A stretch of 59,930 nt of DNA, filler included, from Trypethelium eluteriae (Eukaryota), in the NCBI GenBank assembly GCA_051942245.1. It is 2 parts of 2 records of this genome, joined end to end, with 100 filler letters (N's around TTAATTAATTAA, not from the genome) between each part and the next. Parts side by side here need not be neighbours in the genome. Positions count along the whole stretch, not along the records: positions 30,065 to 59,930 come from JAVECL010000287.1; 1 more part is not named here. One strand, written 5' to 3'. Shown here piece after piece: positions 38,458 through 50,430 of this stretch. The translations under genes were made by a program, and so were the position numbers. Below the pieces are notes generated by a model. It was not told the DNA's origin, made no database searches, and saw only the letters and a program-made list of their open reading frames with translations. Every line of letters begins with the position of its first letter. Position 1 is the first letter of the stretch.

Positions 38458-39377
38458 ATGTCTCTTCTCCGCTCCTCTGGCAGCAATGCCGTGCGCCAAT
38501 GCGTACGGCAACCGCAATTACCCAGTCTACGAGCCTCGACCGTCGCCCTCCAGCAAAGACGTAATCTTGCCGAAATGACCCAGACGTCTTCGTTCGACAG
38601 CCCATTCAAGGGCGCAGGCGGCGGTCCCACCCACAATATCCCAGACTTCAGCAAATACAGGAGCAGCCGTAGTGGGACGGGAAACAAGGTCTTTCAATAC
38701 TTCATGGTAGGAGCGTTTGGGGGAATTACGGCGCTGGGTGCAAAGGCTACGGTCCAAGGTATGCAGTCCCCGCGAAAAGACTGGCCTTCAAGGAGGCTGG
38801 ACAGCAGTACCTGGGTTGGATAGACCGCTGAGAGCAAAAACTACAGACTTCCTCGTGAACATGTCTGCTTCTGCAGATGTGCTTGCGCAAGCTAAGGTTG
38901 AAATCGACCTCAGCACCATTCCAGAGGGCAAGAACGTAGGTATTTCGATTGGCGATTCGGGATAACTACTAAACATCGCTGTAGGTCATCATCAAATGGC
39001 GAGGCAAACCCGTTTTCATCCGACACCGGACCGGCGATGAGATCAAAGAAGCCGAAGACGCCAAATGGGAATCTCTAAGAGATCCGCAACCTGATTCGGA
39101 TCGCGTCAAGAAGCCTGAGTGGTTGATCATGTTAGGTATGGCAGACAGATGGAAAGCTATGCAAATGCTCTATGGGCGCTAATCGATGCTTACAGGTGTT
39201 TGTACGCACTTGGGGTGCGTGCCCATCGGTGAAGCAGGTGACTTTGGAGGCTGGTTCTGTCCTTGCCATGGTTCTCATTACGACATTTCTGGACGGGTAA
39301 GAAAGGGACCGGCACCACTCAACCTTGAGGTACCACAATACGACTTCCCTGACGAAGAGAACCTTGTCATTGGTTAG
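38458..39377 (+). CDS. RIP1: Ubiquinol-cytochrome c reductase Rieske Fe-S subunit
   Basis: Presequence, [29 protein letters not shown] and [10 protein letters not shown]. Introns 38759-38846, 38936-38984 and 39136-39195. Confidence 0.97.
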
Positions 39378-39600
39378 GACGTTTCAATAATATAGACCCA
39401 AAATTGCGGTAATCCGCAGCAATGAGCTTGTTCAAAATCCGCGCATCTATATTACAAGGAGCAGGACAGCTCAATTTCAATTGCTGTAAATTAGAGAACT
39501 ACTTTTAGCATTTAGAAGCGGTATCATTTCCTCCACTGTGCAATATATTACAACAACGTACTTCAACTTCTTACATTGCCTCATGAACCATTAAGTTTGC

Positions 39601-40600
39601 TCAGGGGGCAAGATAACTAGCCATTGCATCCACAGCGTCCCCAAACTTTGCGCTTTCAATCAAAACCATGTGTCCCTGGGGCTCGATGCCCAGTTCCTGG
39701 AAAGCTCGTTTGCAGTCTGGCCCTCCTTCGCCCTGCTTCGTGAAGTCGTAATTCCCCCATCCAGCTGCAAAACGATGTAAGACTTCATCCTCGGGGTGGA
39801 AATAGAAATTCTCGTCACCCTCGCTCTGCTTTCTTCGTTTCTTGCTGGAGCGTCCCCCGTCTTGGTTGAGCTCCGAGGCCTTCTCCGTGTACGTTTGAGA
39901 GACAATGAGGTAATGCGAGAATGAGAAAGGCTCGTTTTCTTCAAGTGCACTTGAGATCTCTTCTGTAAGCATTCTGTACATGGGTGGGACAATCTGGACA
40001 GGCATGTTCCTCAGTCGATCTGTCAAAATCAGGCCAACTTGTGCTTTCGATGCTGGTGAAAGCAATTCTGGAAGATGTGATAGGGATGGTATACTGGATG
40101 CTTTCTGGCTCAAATACTGGTTCAATTGTTGGATCTCCGGTCTCTCCTACATCGAGTTAGCATTAATTATTGAATGGTGATCGCTCAAACTCCGTACGCG
40201 GTGTTCGTGCAAGTTGATTGCCGTCAAGAACGCATAAGGATCTTCTTCGTTGATCGCATCTTCATCACCGGGTACTTTGACAGTCGACCCAAGCAAAGGT
40301 TGCGAAAGAATGAGCTCGACTAGAGCTGTGAGGTCGAATAATGATGAATCGGCATCGAACAGGATCTGAAGTAACCTTTTCAACCCATGAAAGTCATGTT
40401 CTGGTTGTGGATCGAAGAACTCGAAATCGACATCCAACGTTTCTATCTCCTTTGCCACAGCATTAATACAATTGCTATCGATACGTCTTGTTTAGTATCT
40501 GTCGTACCTCGTCGCTACTTTCATCATCTTGCTCGTTCCTTTTGACCGATGTAGCACCTGTGGGCGCTTCAGGATCTCTATTACGCTTTGCCTTTACCAT
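39601..40600 (-). CDS. BCP1: Bcp1/BCCIP (60S biogenesis, Mss4 nuclear export)
   Basis: DVDFEFFDP..DFHGLKRLL, LGSTVK, GLILTDRLRNMP..VPPMY and YFHPEDE. Two introns. Confidence 0.9.
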
Positions 40601-40744
40601 TTCGATATGATGGTAGTAATTCTAATTATCAGGTATAGTCCTATTCAGCTGACCTCATCGAACCTGTCTTGTATCTCATACTCCGATACTAGAACAAATA
40701 TCTTCGAGTCCCCGGAGGCCTTTAAAAATTGAGTCCTGAGTACT

Positions 40745-40777
40745 TTAGCGACGCGCTAAGCCTACGGTATCGATAAG
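40745..40777. promoter_or_regulatory. Candidate shared cis-elements in the BCP1/GUA1 divergent promoter: inverted repeat TTAGCG-acg-CGCTAA plus GATAAG
   Basis: Perfect 6-bp inverted repeat at 40745-40750/40754-40759 and GATAAG at 40772-40777 within a 286-bp bidirectional gap. Function is inferred only. Confidence 0.3.
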
Positions 40778-40886
40778 GAAAAGTCCATTTCCAAATATAA
40801 CGTAGAGTACCTGAGATTCGCATTCAACAACACAATTTTTTCGTGCAGCCACCTTTTCCCTACTCGTAATAAACTCTCTTTATATT

Positions 40887-42566
40887 ATGGCTACTGATGG
40901 AGAGCTACCTCCGGAACCTCACCAAGTATTTGACACTATCTTAGTGTTAGACTTCGGGTCTCAATATTCTCACTTGATCACGCGTCGACTACGCGAACTC
41001 AATGTCTATTCTGAAATGTTACCATGCACGCAGAGGATCGCTGACCTCAGTTGGAAGCCAAAAGGTATCATATTGTCTGGTGGACCATATTCTGTATACC
41101 AAAATGACGCTCCCCATGTCGATTCAGCGGTATTTCAACTTGGCGTCCCTGTGCTTGGTATATGTTATGGACTTCAGGAGATTGCGTGGTACTACGAGCA
41201 GACTAATGTTCTCGCTGGTGAAAAGCGTGAATATGGACATTCCAAAGTCAACGTGGCACGCCATGCCGGGCTGGCCGAGCATATCGACAAACTCTTTGAT
41301 CAGATAGAGGACAATATGACCGCTTGGATGTCGCACGGGGACAAGCTTTCACACCTTCCAGAGCACTTCGTGACGGTAGCATACACATCGAATGCTCCAT
41401 TTGCCGGCATCGCGCATGCCAGAGAGAGACTCTACGGCATTCAATTTCACCCCGAAGTCACTCACACTCCAGAGGGCAAGGTATTGCTCAAAAACTTCGC
41501 CGTGAGCATTTGCCAAGCAAAGACAGATTGGACGATGGGAAGATTCGTGGACAAAGAGATCGCTCGAATCAAAGCGTTAGTTGGAGAAAAAGGGCAAGTA
41601 ATTGGTGCAGTCAGCGGAGGCGTTGATTCAACCGTGGCAGCAACATTGATGCAACAGGCCATCGGCGATAGATTCCATGCCGTGTTGGTTGATACTGGGT
41701 TGCTACGCCTCAATGAAGCAGAAACAGTCAAGAAGACAATGTCAAGGGATCTCAATATCAATCTTGCTGTCGTTGACGCTGCAGACCTTTTCCTCTCTCG
41801 ACTCAAAGGTGTGACAGATGATCCTGAGAAGAAACGAAAGATAATCGGCAACACGTTTATTGAAGTTTTTCAGGAGAAGGCTAAAAAGATAGCTGCGGAA
41901 GCGGCTGGATCACCACAAGCGGGCGAGATCGAATGGCTGCTTCAAGGAACGCTCTACCCAGATGTAATAGAAAGCATATCTTTTAAAGGCCCCAGTGCTA
42001 CCATCAAGACCCATCACAACGTTGGTGGTCTCCCAGCCACCATGAACCTCAGACTTATTGAGCCTCTCAGAGAACTCTTCAAAGACGAAGTAAGAGTACT
42101 CGGAAAAGAGCTTGGAGTGCCCGAAGAACACGTGTGGAGACACCCATTTCCAGGTCCTGGCCTTGCTATCCGGATCCTGGGCGAAGTTACACCCGAACAA
42201 CTTCGTATTGCCCGGGAGGCTGATCATATTTTCATCACTGAGATCCAGGCGGCTGGCCTTTACAAAAAGATTAGCCAAGCTTATGCAGCATTGCTACCCG
42301 TCAAGGCTGTAGGGGTCATGGGTGACAAGCGGGTACATAGTCAGGTCATTGCCTTGAGAGCAGTCGAAACTACGGACTTCATGACGGCAGATTCTTTCGA
42401 ATTTAAGCACACTTTCTTGAAGCGAGTCAGTAACCGGATTGTGAACGAGGTTGACGGTGTTTGTCGGGTCTCATACGATAGTATGTTCCCTATTAGCACG
42501 ACAAGGACGATCACTGACAAGACCACAGTTACAAGCAAACCTCCGGGTACGATTGAAATGGAATAG
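40887..42566 (+). CDS. GUA1: GMP synthase (glutamine-hydrolysing)
   Basis: [47 protein letters not shown] and KPPGTIE. Last intron 42481-42528. Confidence 0.97.
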   Translation: MATDGELPPEPHQVFDTILVLDFGSQYSHLITRRLRELNVYSEMLPCTQRIADLSWKPKGIILSGGPYSVYQNDAPHVDSAVFQLGVPVLGICYGLQEIAWYYEQTNVLAGEKREYGHSKVNVARHAGLAEHIDKLFDQIEDNMTAWMSHGDKLSHLPEHFVTVAYTSNAPFAGIAHARERLYGIQFHPEVTHTPEGKVLLKNFAVSICQAKTDWTMGRFVDKEIARIKALVGEKGQVIGAVSGGVDSTVAATLMQQAIGDRFHAVLVDTGLLRLNEAETVKKTMSRDLNINLAVVDAADLFLSRLKGVTDDPEKKRKIIGNTFIEVFQEKAKKIAAEAAGSPQAGEIEWLLQGTLYPDVIESISFKGPSATIKTHHNVGGLPATMNLRLIEPLRELFKDEVRVLGKELGVPEEHVWRHPFPGPGLAIRILGEVTPEQLRIAREADHIFITEIQAAGLYKKISQAYAALLPVKAVGVMGDKRVHSQVIALRAVETTDFMTADSFEFKHTFLKRVSNRIVNEVDGVCRVSYDSMFPISTTRTITDKTTVTSKPPGTIEME

Positions 42567-42936
42567 ATAAAAATATTTTGGTTGGCCTTAACGGGCACGC
42601 ATTAGATGGCATTGGATGACATCGCAGAAAACGACCGGAGTTGACTGGTTCAGAGAATTGATACCCAATTTCGACATTACAAGTAATACAATAGCATAGA
42701 GCTACGCACATATTTTGGACTTCAAAAGTGATCGGCGATGAAGAGATTGGAAGTTGATGAAGGTCGCGCGACATTGTATGCCCCACTGACGTCATGCGCA
42801 CTTTGCATGATGGCATTTTCACAGTAGCCTAAACTCCCATCATCCATCAACGCTTTATCCCATCCTCAATTCTTCAGAGTCGCATATCCCTGATCATTCA
42901 CCCCATCCTCTCTAGAATATTTCAACAGCGGTAACC

Positions 42937-43423
42937 ATGAGCGGCACATCCAATGTCGGTAGTAGCCACGTCTACGAAGCCGGTGATCAGGTTTGTTTTT
43001 TTCGCGTCCAGCAGTTTACTTTGAGTGACCACTGACCCATGTAGCGAAACTACAAGGATTCTGAAATAAATGACGCGGAGAGGTATAAGGAGGGTAAACC
43101 CAATTCTCACCTCGCGAACGATTCGAGTAAGTCACGGATTCCTCTATCCCAAAAAATCTCAAAGCATCTATGTCAGGGTTCACTGACTTATCTCAATAGA
43201 GGATGAGCGAACCATTGCCAATAAGCTAGCGCGAGAGGAGAAGCGCGAGAAAGAGGGAGAGGCGCAAGACTTCGAGACCACACAATCAAAGAAAGATTCT
43301 ACCTTGCCCGCCAAGACTCACGGCAATGAACCAAGCAAGGGCGCTAAGATAGATCAGGAGCTCAGGGAGGAAGAGGAAGAGTTGTTGAAGAAGAAGGGTG
43401 CTTGGGGAAGCAAACAACAGTGA
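42937..43423 (+). CDS. Small hydrophilic hypothetical protein, 3 exons (absent from the ORF track)
   Basis: MSGTSNVGSSHVYEAGDQ / RNYKDSEINDAERYKEGKPNSHLANDS / KDERTIANKLAREEKREK..PAKTHGNEPSKGAKIDQELREEEEELLKKK. Introns GTTTGT..CTGAC..TAG (~42991-43043) and GTAAGT..CTGAC..TAG (~43127-43199) keep the frame. Confidence 0.75.
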
Positions 43424-43817
43424 GCGAGCATGCGCATAGTATATTGGCGAGCGAGTCTGGAATACATTCACGGACTGCATACTAGATAAACAGAGCAAAT
43501 GAATGTATTACGAATTTGGGACGAGCCATTCATGTAATCTGTTATTAAACGAAAATTTGTCCATGTCTTGAATTTGTCTCCTAACGCAATACCAAAGAAG
43601 TGAATCTCCGATACAAGTAATCACCACAGCGCCACCAGGATGCTGAGCACTAATCGATTAGTCTTCAAGTCTGTAATATGAATAATGCGGCACGGTAGCG
43701 GGGTCATGTCACCCCACGTTAGGTAGGTATGTATGAAGGGAGCTTTGCTGCCCTTTATTTCTTGGATGCTGTCACCATTTCATTTCATTTGCACTTCACC
43801 TTCGCCATTGCTTCAAG

Positions 43818-44404
43818 ATGCCTATGTGGGAAGTGGAGCACGGCTGCACTCTGACACCGTCACAGAAAGATGACTTGGCAGAAGCAATTACAAAGATCTA
43901 TGCCGAGCAATTTGCTACCCCACGCATATTAGTCAATATTCGATTCACAGACATCTCGCAACAATCTACGTACGTCGCGGGCAAGCGGGTATGTCTAGCA
44001 TCTGCACCATTCTAGTTCGGCGCCAAAAACTTACGATCTTGCGTTAGCGGCACAACAATCGCATCTTGGCCTTCGTTCGGCCCTCGCCTACTCGAACGCG
44101 GGCCGAGTATAATAAACTCTGTCAACATATTCAAGAAGCTTGGGATGAAGTCATCGCCTCTTTACCTCAACATCCTTTCAATAGAGCCGAGCGGACCGCG
44201 GGGGATGAGAAGGAGCTAAGGACGATATTTATCATGCCGGTTATTGGTGCTGGAAGGGAGGTGGTGTTTGAACTTCCTGAAGGGGGCAAAGAACAGGAAT
44301 GGTACAGAGAGAATATGATGGCGTTTGAAAAGAGAGCGGCTGAAGGGGATGAAGAAGTGAGTGATATGATCAAGGACATCAAGGACCGGAATCTGCTGAA
44401 CTAA
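43818..44404 (+). CDS. Putative tautomerase (tautomerase/MIF superfamily, Pro-1)
   Basis: Met-Pro start. QKDDLAEAITKIY..F.TP...VNIRF..YVAGKR, intron 43989-44047, then GREVVFELPEGGKE..W.RENM..F.KRA..GDEE. Confidence 0.7.
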
Positions 44405-44659
44405 GCGGAGTATCTATGGAAGAAGTAAGGGTTGTCGACTTTCATCTGTGCTGCGTTCTGACTTTAGGTCGACAAAGATCCAATAGATTGCTCAAAAATG
44501 AGTCAAAGTTCCATGAAACACATAGATTTTGGTGTTTCACGTGAAGCGCAACTAAGAATACAAGGTTGAGATGAGACAACGTTGCTTTCTCCACTCACAC
44601 TCGAACAGCCGCCGGCCAATCTCTACACATTAATACAACTTTGACAGCGGGGTTGACAT

Positions 44660-46142
44660 TTATGTCTGACGTGGCTTCAGAGGCTGTATCCTAGTCAGCA
44701 AACATGGATAGATGGTCTGCCGGGGTATGAATGCCTACCGCAACCTTTGGAACGGTGTCAATCTTTGCCGCGAGCTTAGCCATGAACACATCCTGCCCCG
44801 TTAGATTGACATCCCATGGCACACCTTGGAATAAGAATGAATAAGGGAAGCCGGGATCAAAGTCGTTGGCTTTTTCGATTTCGTCGATATCTTCCTTGGT
44901 TAGTTCAATCCTCAAGGCTTCAATGTTCCCCTTGAGATGGTCAATCTTGCGACCGCCGACAATAGGAAACACGTAGGGTGTCTTGTGCATGACATATGCC
45001 AAAGCCTATAAGAGGTTTAGGAGAATTGTTAACTCGAATGCCAAGAGAAATCGAAACTCACGATGCTGGTAATCAGGGTATTCTTCTTCTTCGCAATACT
45101 CTCGAGAGCTTTTGATACTTTCTTGTCCGCATCACTGGCACCTCCCATTTGTCGGCCTTCTCCTTTGGTTCTTTCTTGCTCAGCTTCAGACTTAAAGCCG
45201 CCTCGACCAAGAGCACCCCACGGTGCGAGACCCATGCCTTCCTCTTGACACATAGGGATGATTTCACGCTCCATGTCCCGTTTAGAAGCGGACCACCAGC
45301 CTTGGTAGACGACAAAGGGAGCCATACCATGGCTGCGTGCATCTGTTCTTCAAGTCAATGTGGTTGCATGATTGTCGTTGACTAGTCGGGACTGACATTC
45401 ATTTGCCTTGCTAACAATCCACGCGGGAGTATCACTGACACCAAGATAGAGCACCTTTCCGGACAAGACCAGCTGGTTCAAGCCTCGCATCACTTCGGAA
45501 ACGCTGGTTGTAAAGTCCCACCAGTGGACGTAGAGCTGGGCTGTCATTAGCGAGAATATGCAATTGTCAATTGGGAAGGCTGAAACGTACCACATCGATA
45601 TAATCAGTCTGAAGTTTCTTCAAGCTGCCCTCAAGCGACAAGTGCAGGCTCTTAACATTGTTTCCAAAGAGGTTGCTCTTGATCCCGGTTCGACGTCCCA
45701 TCTTGAAATCGGAAGTATATTTAGTTGCAATGACCATTTCGTCGCGGACACCTCGGCTTGCCATCCACTCGCCAAGCCAAGTCTCGGATTCCTCATTTTG
45801 ATAGCCATTGGCCCTAGACCAAGTCAGCGTTAACCTCAATCCTGACTCTATCGAAACTCGGAAAAGACCTACGTGTCAATGAAATTGCCACCCTGATCAT
45901 AGAAATAGTCAAGCATTTCAAAAGCAGTCTCTTTGCTGCATTCGCCCATGAGGGGTTTCCTGACGGACCAATTAGTTCTGATAAGGATGCCGTACTGGCC
46001 TTGCGATGTAGACTTACCAAGCCTCACCGAAGTTCATTGCCCCTAAACACAATGGAGAAACCTTCACTGCTGCTGAAGGGGACAAGGTGCGGTGATAACC
46101 AAGGGCAGACTTTGGTTCGGGGGCTGGAGGAAGGAAAGACAT
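44660..46142 (-). CDS. Aldo-keto reductase (aryl-alcohol dehydrogenase / norsolorinic acid reductase-like)
   Basis: [68 protein letters not shown] and PIVGGRK. About 6 introns; terminal exon PLKPRQT*. Confidence 0.88.
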
Positions 46143-47002
46143 CTTGATTCAACGCTGTATGATCTGGCACGTGTCTAGAGCTTTCCGAAGTCTGATTCTA
46201 TTCTTGAGTATTGAGAAATGCAGAGGATCGATTGTGTTCAGAAAGGTAGGCTTTGGCTCCATTTATACTTTTGCGGTAGGAAATATGAAGAAAGAAAACT
46301 GCCATGACTAAAGGCTAGATGGGGCATCAGAAGGAAGGGGCAGCTATTCTACTCTGCGCTACACTCATAATGTTTGCCAACGGCTGCATCATTGCCCCAG
46401 TTACATCCGTTAAGACCGCACCCTGCATGCAAGGTAAATGCTGTGGCTACCAAGCTTGCACAGTATGTATGTAAGTGATCCACCACATGATTGGCCTTTT
46501 GAACAGCGCGGCTCAAGGGCCACATTGACCGGTTTGTCGGCTTAGTCTGGGGGTTTTGAGAGGAGGTTAGGATGCCGGCATGCTCTGAATGCAGGAGGAG
46601 ACTAGGAGGCTGCAGAAAATGCGGCAGCCAGTAGAGGAGGTGGCCGGCGAATGCGGCCGCTTTCTCCGCAGGTCGTGTGGTTGCTCCGCAAGGAGTCGTG
46701 GATTTGTGGATCGTGTGGGCGTGCACTACTGAATTATGGATGTGGCCGAGGCCAAGTCCACATCGGCGCGGAGAAGTGCTTTCCGTGGAGTACGTAAAGT
46801 CGTGTCCGAGACAATACTTGTGAGTCCTTCCTGTGCGTCGGCTCACTAATCAAGTTCTTGATTCAATTTCGACCGTATCTAGAAATATCCCCTGACAAAA
46901 TGCTAACAAGAAGCGTCTTTAAGATTGCGCCCAGCGGAAATTAATGACGTAGCTCCAGCTCGTATATTCATGCAGCCACTCGGACTTATGGCAGCAAAAG
47001 CG

Positions 47003-48617
47003 TTATTCCGACCGCTTGCGTAATTTAGGTAATGCGAACCAGCAAAATTGCATAACGACAAAAAGTCCAATGCAAACAGGGTGAAGTACGAAAGTCCCGA
47101 CTGCCTGCGCTAGAATACCCGTTGTGAATGGCGCGATGGCACCTCCTGAGCTGCCTGCTGAGGAGATGAAGCTTATGGCCGTCATTTGGATATTGCGAGG
47201 CAGAAGTCTGGTGAAAACGGACGCTGAGCATGGATAGACGGGTCCAAGGAGCAGACCCAACACAGCGACAGCGACTGATCATGCTATTAGTCCCTCTATG
47301 AGCCTGCTGAAGAAGATGGATGAACTGACCTGCATCGCCAATGACGTTTGGAACTAGCCAGACCAGCAATTGGAAAGCCATCGATCCTGCGATTAACCCA
47401 TATACAAAGCCCTTTTCACCCAGCCGGTGCGCTACGTGGCTCAGTGTGAATCTTCCAACAGTAATCCCACCCTATGATCTATGTCAGCGGACGCGTTCTG
47501 ATTCGAAAGTATTGCATCAATCGAGACTTACCCAGAAACCAGCGGTCACATAACCAACATGAGCAGGATCTCCTCCACGATAATTGATCAAGAATGAAAT
47601 AACCCACCCAGATATTGAGACTTCAGCCCCTTGATATGCAAAGATAAACAATGCTCCAAAAAGCGTCGTCTTGTTCTTCAGTGCTTTCATCAGGAGTTGT
47701 CGCTTTCCTGGTAAACCGGTTTCCTGGGCTGCTCTCTGGCTAACTGTTCGCTCAAGTGCACTCATCAACTGTACTCCGGCTTCTTTCTCGTAGCCTCGAT
47801 ATGCCCACCCACTGAAAACGAAAGCTACCATTCGAATTCCTAGAGCGATAAGGTAGAATCGCGACCAGACAATGCCGTGGCTGGCCATGCTCGTCGCCAT
47901 GATAGGACCAACAGTACCGCCAATTCCGTACGAACCATGACCCAACCCCAGCATGACGGTCGAGTTGGTCATATTAGCTAAGAACACATTGTTCAGAGCG
48001 AGTGTGATTGCCATACCAAGACCGAGCAGCAAAAAGGCTACTACGACGACTGGGAAAGGAGGGGTGCAGACAACAATAACGTAACCCATTAGGACGAGTG
48101 CTTCTGCGAACATCAATGACTTTCCTCGGCCGAATCGCGACGTCAAGAAGTCCGTGATAAAGGCAGCGGAAATGAAGCCCAGAGCGTTCGTTACGAAAAT
48201 TAAGGAAACGACGGCATATCCGATTCGATAGTCCTTTTCCATGTACGGAATCAGAGCACCTGGTGCGGCGTCATTGAGACCATTTCCGAATTGTTCGATG
48301 CAAGCATGCAAAACACGCCATTTGTTCATTGGAGGAGACGATAGGCTTTGAACAACGTGTGTTCCTTCATGACTAGGAGTTGCGGGACGACTACTCTCAA
48401 GCTGATTGGGCGTCTTTGGTGTTGTTGGACTTTGCGGGATTGACTGCTGCTCCTTCTGAGAGGATGGTCCATTATACTGATGACCCCAGGTAAATTCATC
48501 AAGCTCTACGCCAGATGGTGAGTTGACGGACGCTGCAGGCTGATGTACGGCAGGAGGGTCTTTGATAGCAGAGCTTTGGTCGATGTCGATAAAAGCCCCA
48601 AAGGTATGCGAGGCCAT
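47003..48617 (-). CDS. MFS transporter (Bsc6-like)
   Basis: NGLNDAAPGALIPY, HGSYGIGGTVGP, FAYQGAEVSISGW, GFWGGITVGRF and LLGPVYP. Two introns (~47531-47473, ~47329-47272). Confidence 0.85.
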
Positions 48618-49345
48618 TGTTGATAAGGCTGACGGACTTTGATTGATCAGGATGGAAACGAAAGAGAGTTCAATCCACGAAAGACTTATAGCGTGAAGAA
48701 GAGAAAAATTTCCGCGAAAGAGGAGGATAAAAACGATGAAGTTGTTGGGACATTATTTGACGATTGACGTCCGACCTTACCAATTTCAATGCTTCATAAT
48801 CAGCAGCGTACGAGTCACAGTTCCTAATAGGCAAAGTTGCGATGCCTTGCATCACTACTCCACCAAGATTTCCAATCTCCATGCGGAAGTCGTTCCGAGA
48901 AAGTTTCCTGGTTGTGACATCGCCGCCGTAGTTAACACTTTTGGACTCGCCTAAGTTTCCCCGCATGTGATCACAACGCTCGGATGGCTTCACCCCGAGC
49001 CTGCGTCATTGTTTACTCTCTACGGCTGTCCAAGATTACCGTTTGCCTTGTTATGAACCCCGCGGTCCATACAAACTTTCGACATCCACAACTACTCTGA
49101 ATTAGGCAAAATTGAAAGATATCATGCCTTGATCTGATAGTATTATTAGTTTTTGGATTCGCATTTGATCCAAAATGACCAGTCCCTGTCGTCGTTGAGC
49201 CATCTTCGAATCGAAGTTCTCCATCCCATCCGCGTCTACGGCGCCGCACGAGGCCCACAACCACCCTGATATTATTTTCCACTATCCTACAAACTACCAA
49301 GCCCCGCAGAATCAACATCAGTACACTCCCCAGCACCTACCCACG

Positions 49346-49780
49346 ATGCCCAAACCCCGGCGCAACATCGAATCTGTGGCAGAATCCACTCTCTATCCTC
49401 CCCCAACGCTCCCCCCGACCCAATCCATCGCCTGTGTCGTCAAAGCCTCCGGGAACAACCTCTATACCGTACAGCTCCCATCCCAGCAGACGCTGCTCGT
49501 TGAGCTGCCTTCGCGCTTCCGCTCCACGATCTGGATCAAGCGGAATGGGTACGTCGTTGTGGACACAGCGGCGCTGGCGGGCCGGGATAATAAGCTGGGT
49601 GGGGAGATTGTGAATATTGTCGGGGATGAGAAGGCATGGCGGAAGATGGGATATTGGCCGGAGGACTTTACGAAGGCAGATATAGTGGCGAGACAGAGTC
49701 GAGAGGAGGATGGGGAGAGCGAGGAAGAGTCGACTGTGGGGAAGATGCCGCCGAGTGAGGATGAGGACGAGGATGGTTGA
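49346..49780 (+). CDS. EIF1AD-like S1/eIF1A-domain RNA-binding protein
   Basis: GNNLYTV, LVELPSRFRSTIWIKRNGYVVV, KLGGEIVNIV, YWPEDF and an acidic tail with MPPSE. Confidence 0.85.
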   Translation: MPKPRRNIESVAESTLYPPPTLPPTQSIACVVKASGNNLYTVQLPSQQTLLVELPSRFRSTIWIKRNGYVVVDTAALAGRDNKLGGEIVNIVGDEKAWRKMGYWPEDFTKADIVARQSREEDGESEEESTVGKMPPSEDEDEDG

Positions 49781-50430
49781 GGTGCTTGGAGGAGGGCTGG
49801 ATTGGACCAGACTCCGGAGGAAAGAGACCATGGATCAATTTTACGGGCGACCAATAAGTATGGAGCTGGTATACATTGAGTGGCTTGAAACGGTGATATT
49901 TGACGGCTGGTAATGGTTTCAGTGGAGTCTGCCTGTCATAAAGGAGGTATAAACTGCTGCAGAAAGCTTCACGCACCTTTCTCAGAATGCGGCCCGGGAG
50001 GCATGGCAAACATGAATCTAGCTCCCACCCTTAGGTGCGCTACGAATGGAGTAAAAGTCATTAAAATACTTACGTGACTATAGTTAATTCGGCCAGCCAG
50101 TCGTTCCGACTACCACTCCCCAGAAGTCGCCTAAGTCGATAAATACATCCAGAGCAAAGGCATCGTGTAAAGCTGAATAGCGAGAGCCGTGCAGGAGTCC
50201 CCGGAATTGCAACGGTCATGATGTACGTCACGGATGATTAGCAAGTTGTTACACGCTAGACTTAGCTAAAATTCAAGGGCTATGTCTTGTTTGCTATGTA
50301 CTAAACCTGATAAGAGAATGCATTTGAATTTATCAAGACCTGCAGAGTATTCAGACACCTAAGTACTTTTCCCAGGACCTACAATCCCTAACTTTTCGAC
50401 GAGTACGACTGTTACCTCCTGCGCTGCAAA

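Noticed and set aside
46349..46846. 165-aa GTG-start ORF upstream of the AKR gene
   Set aside because: Non-ATG start and no domain features; likely promoter or 3' UTR sequence.
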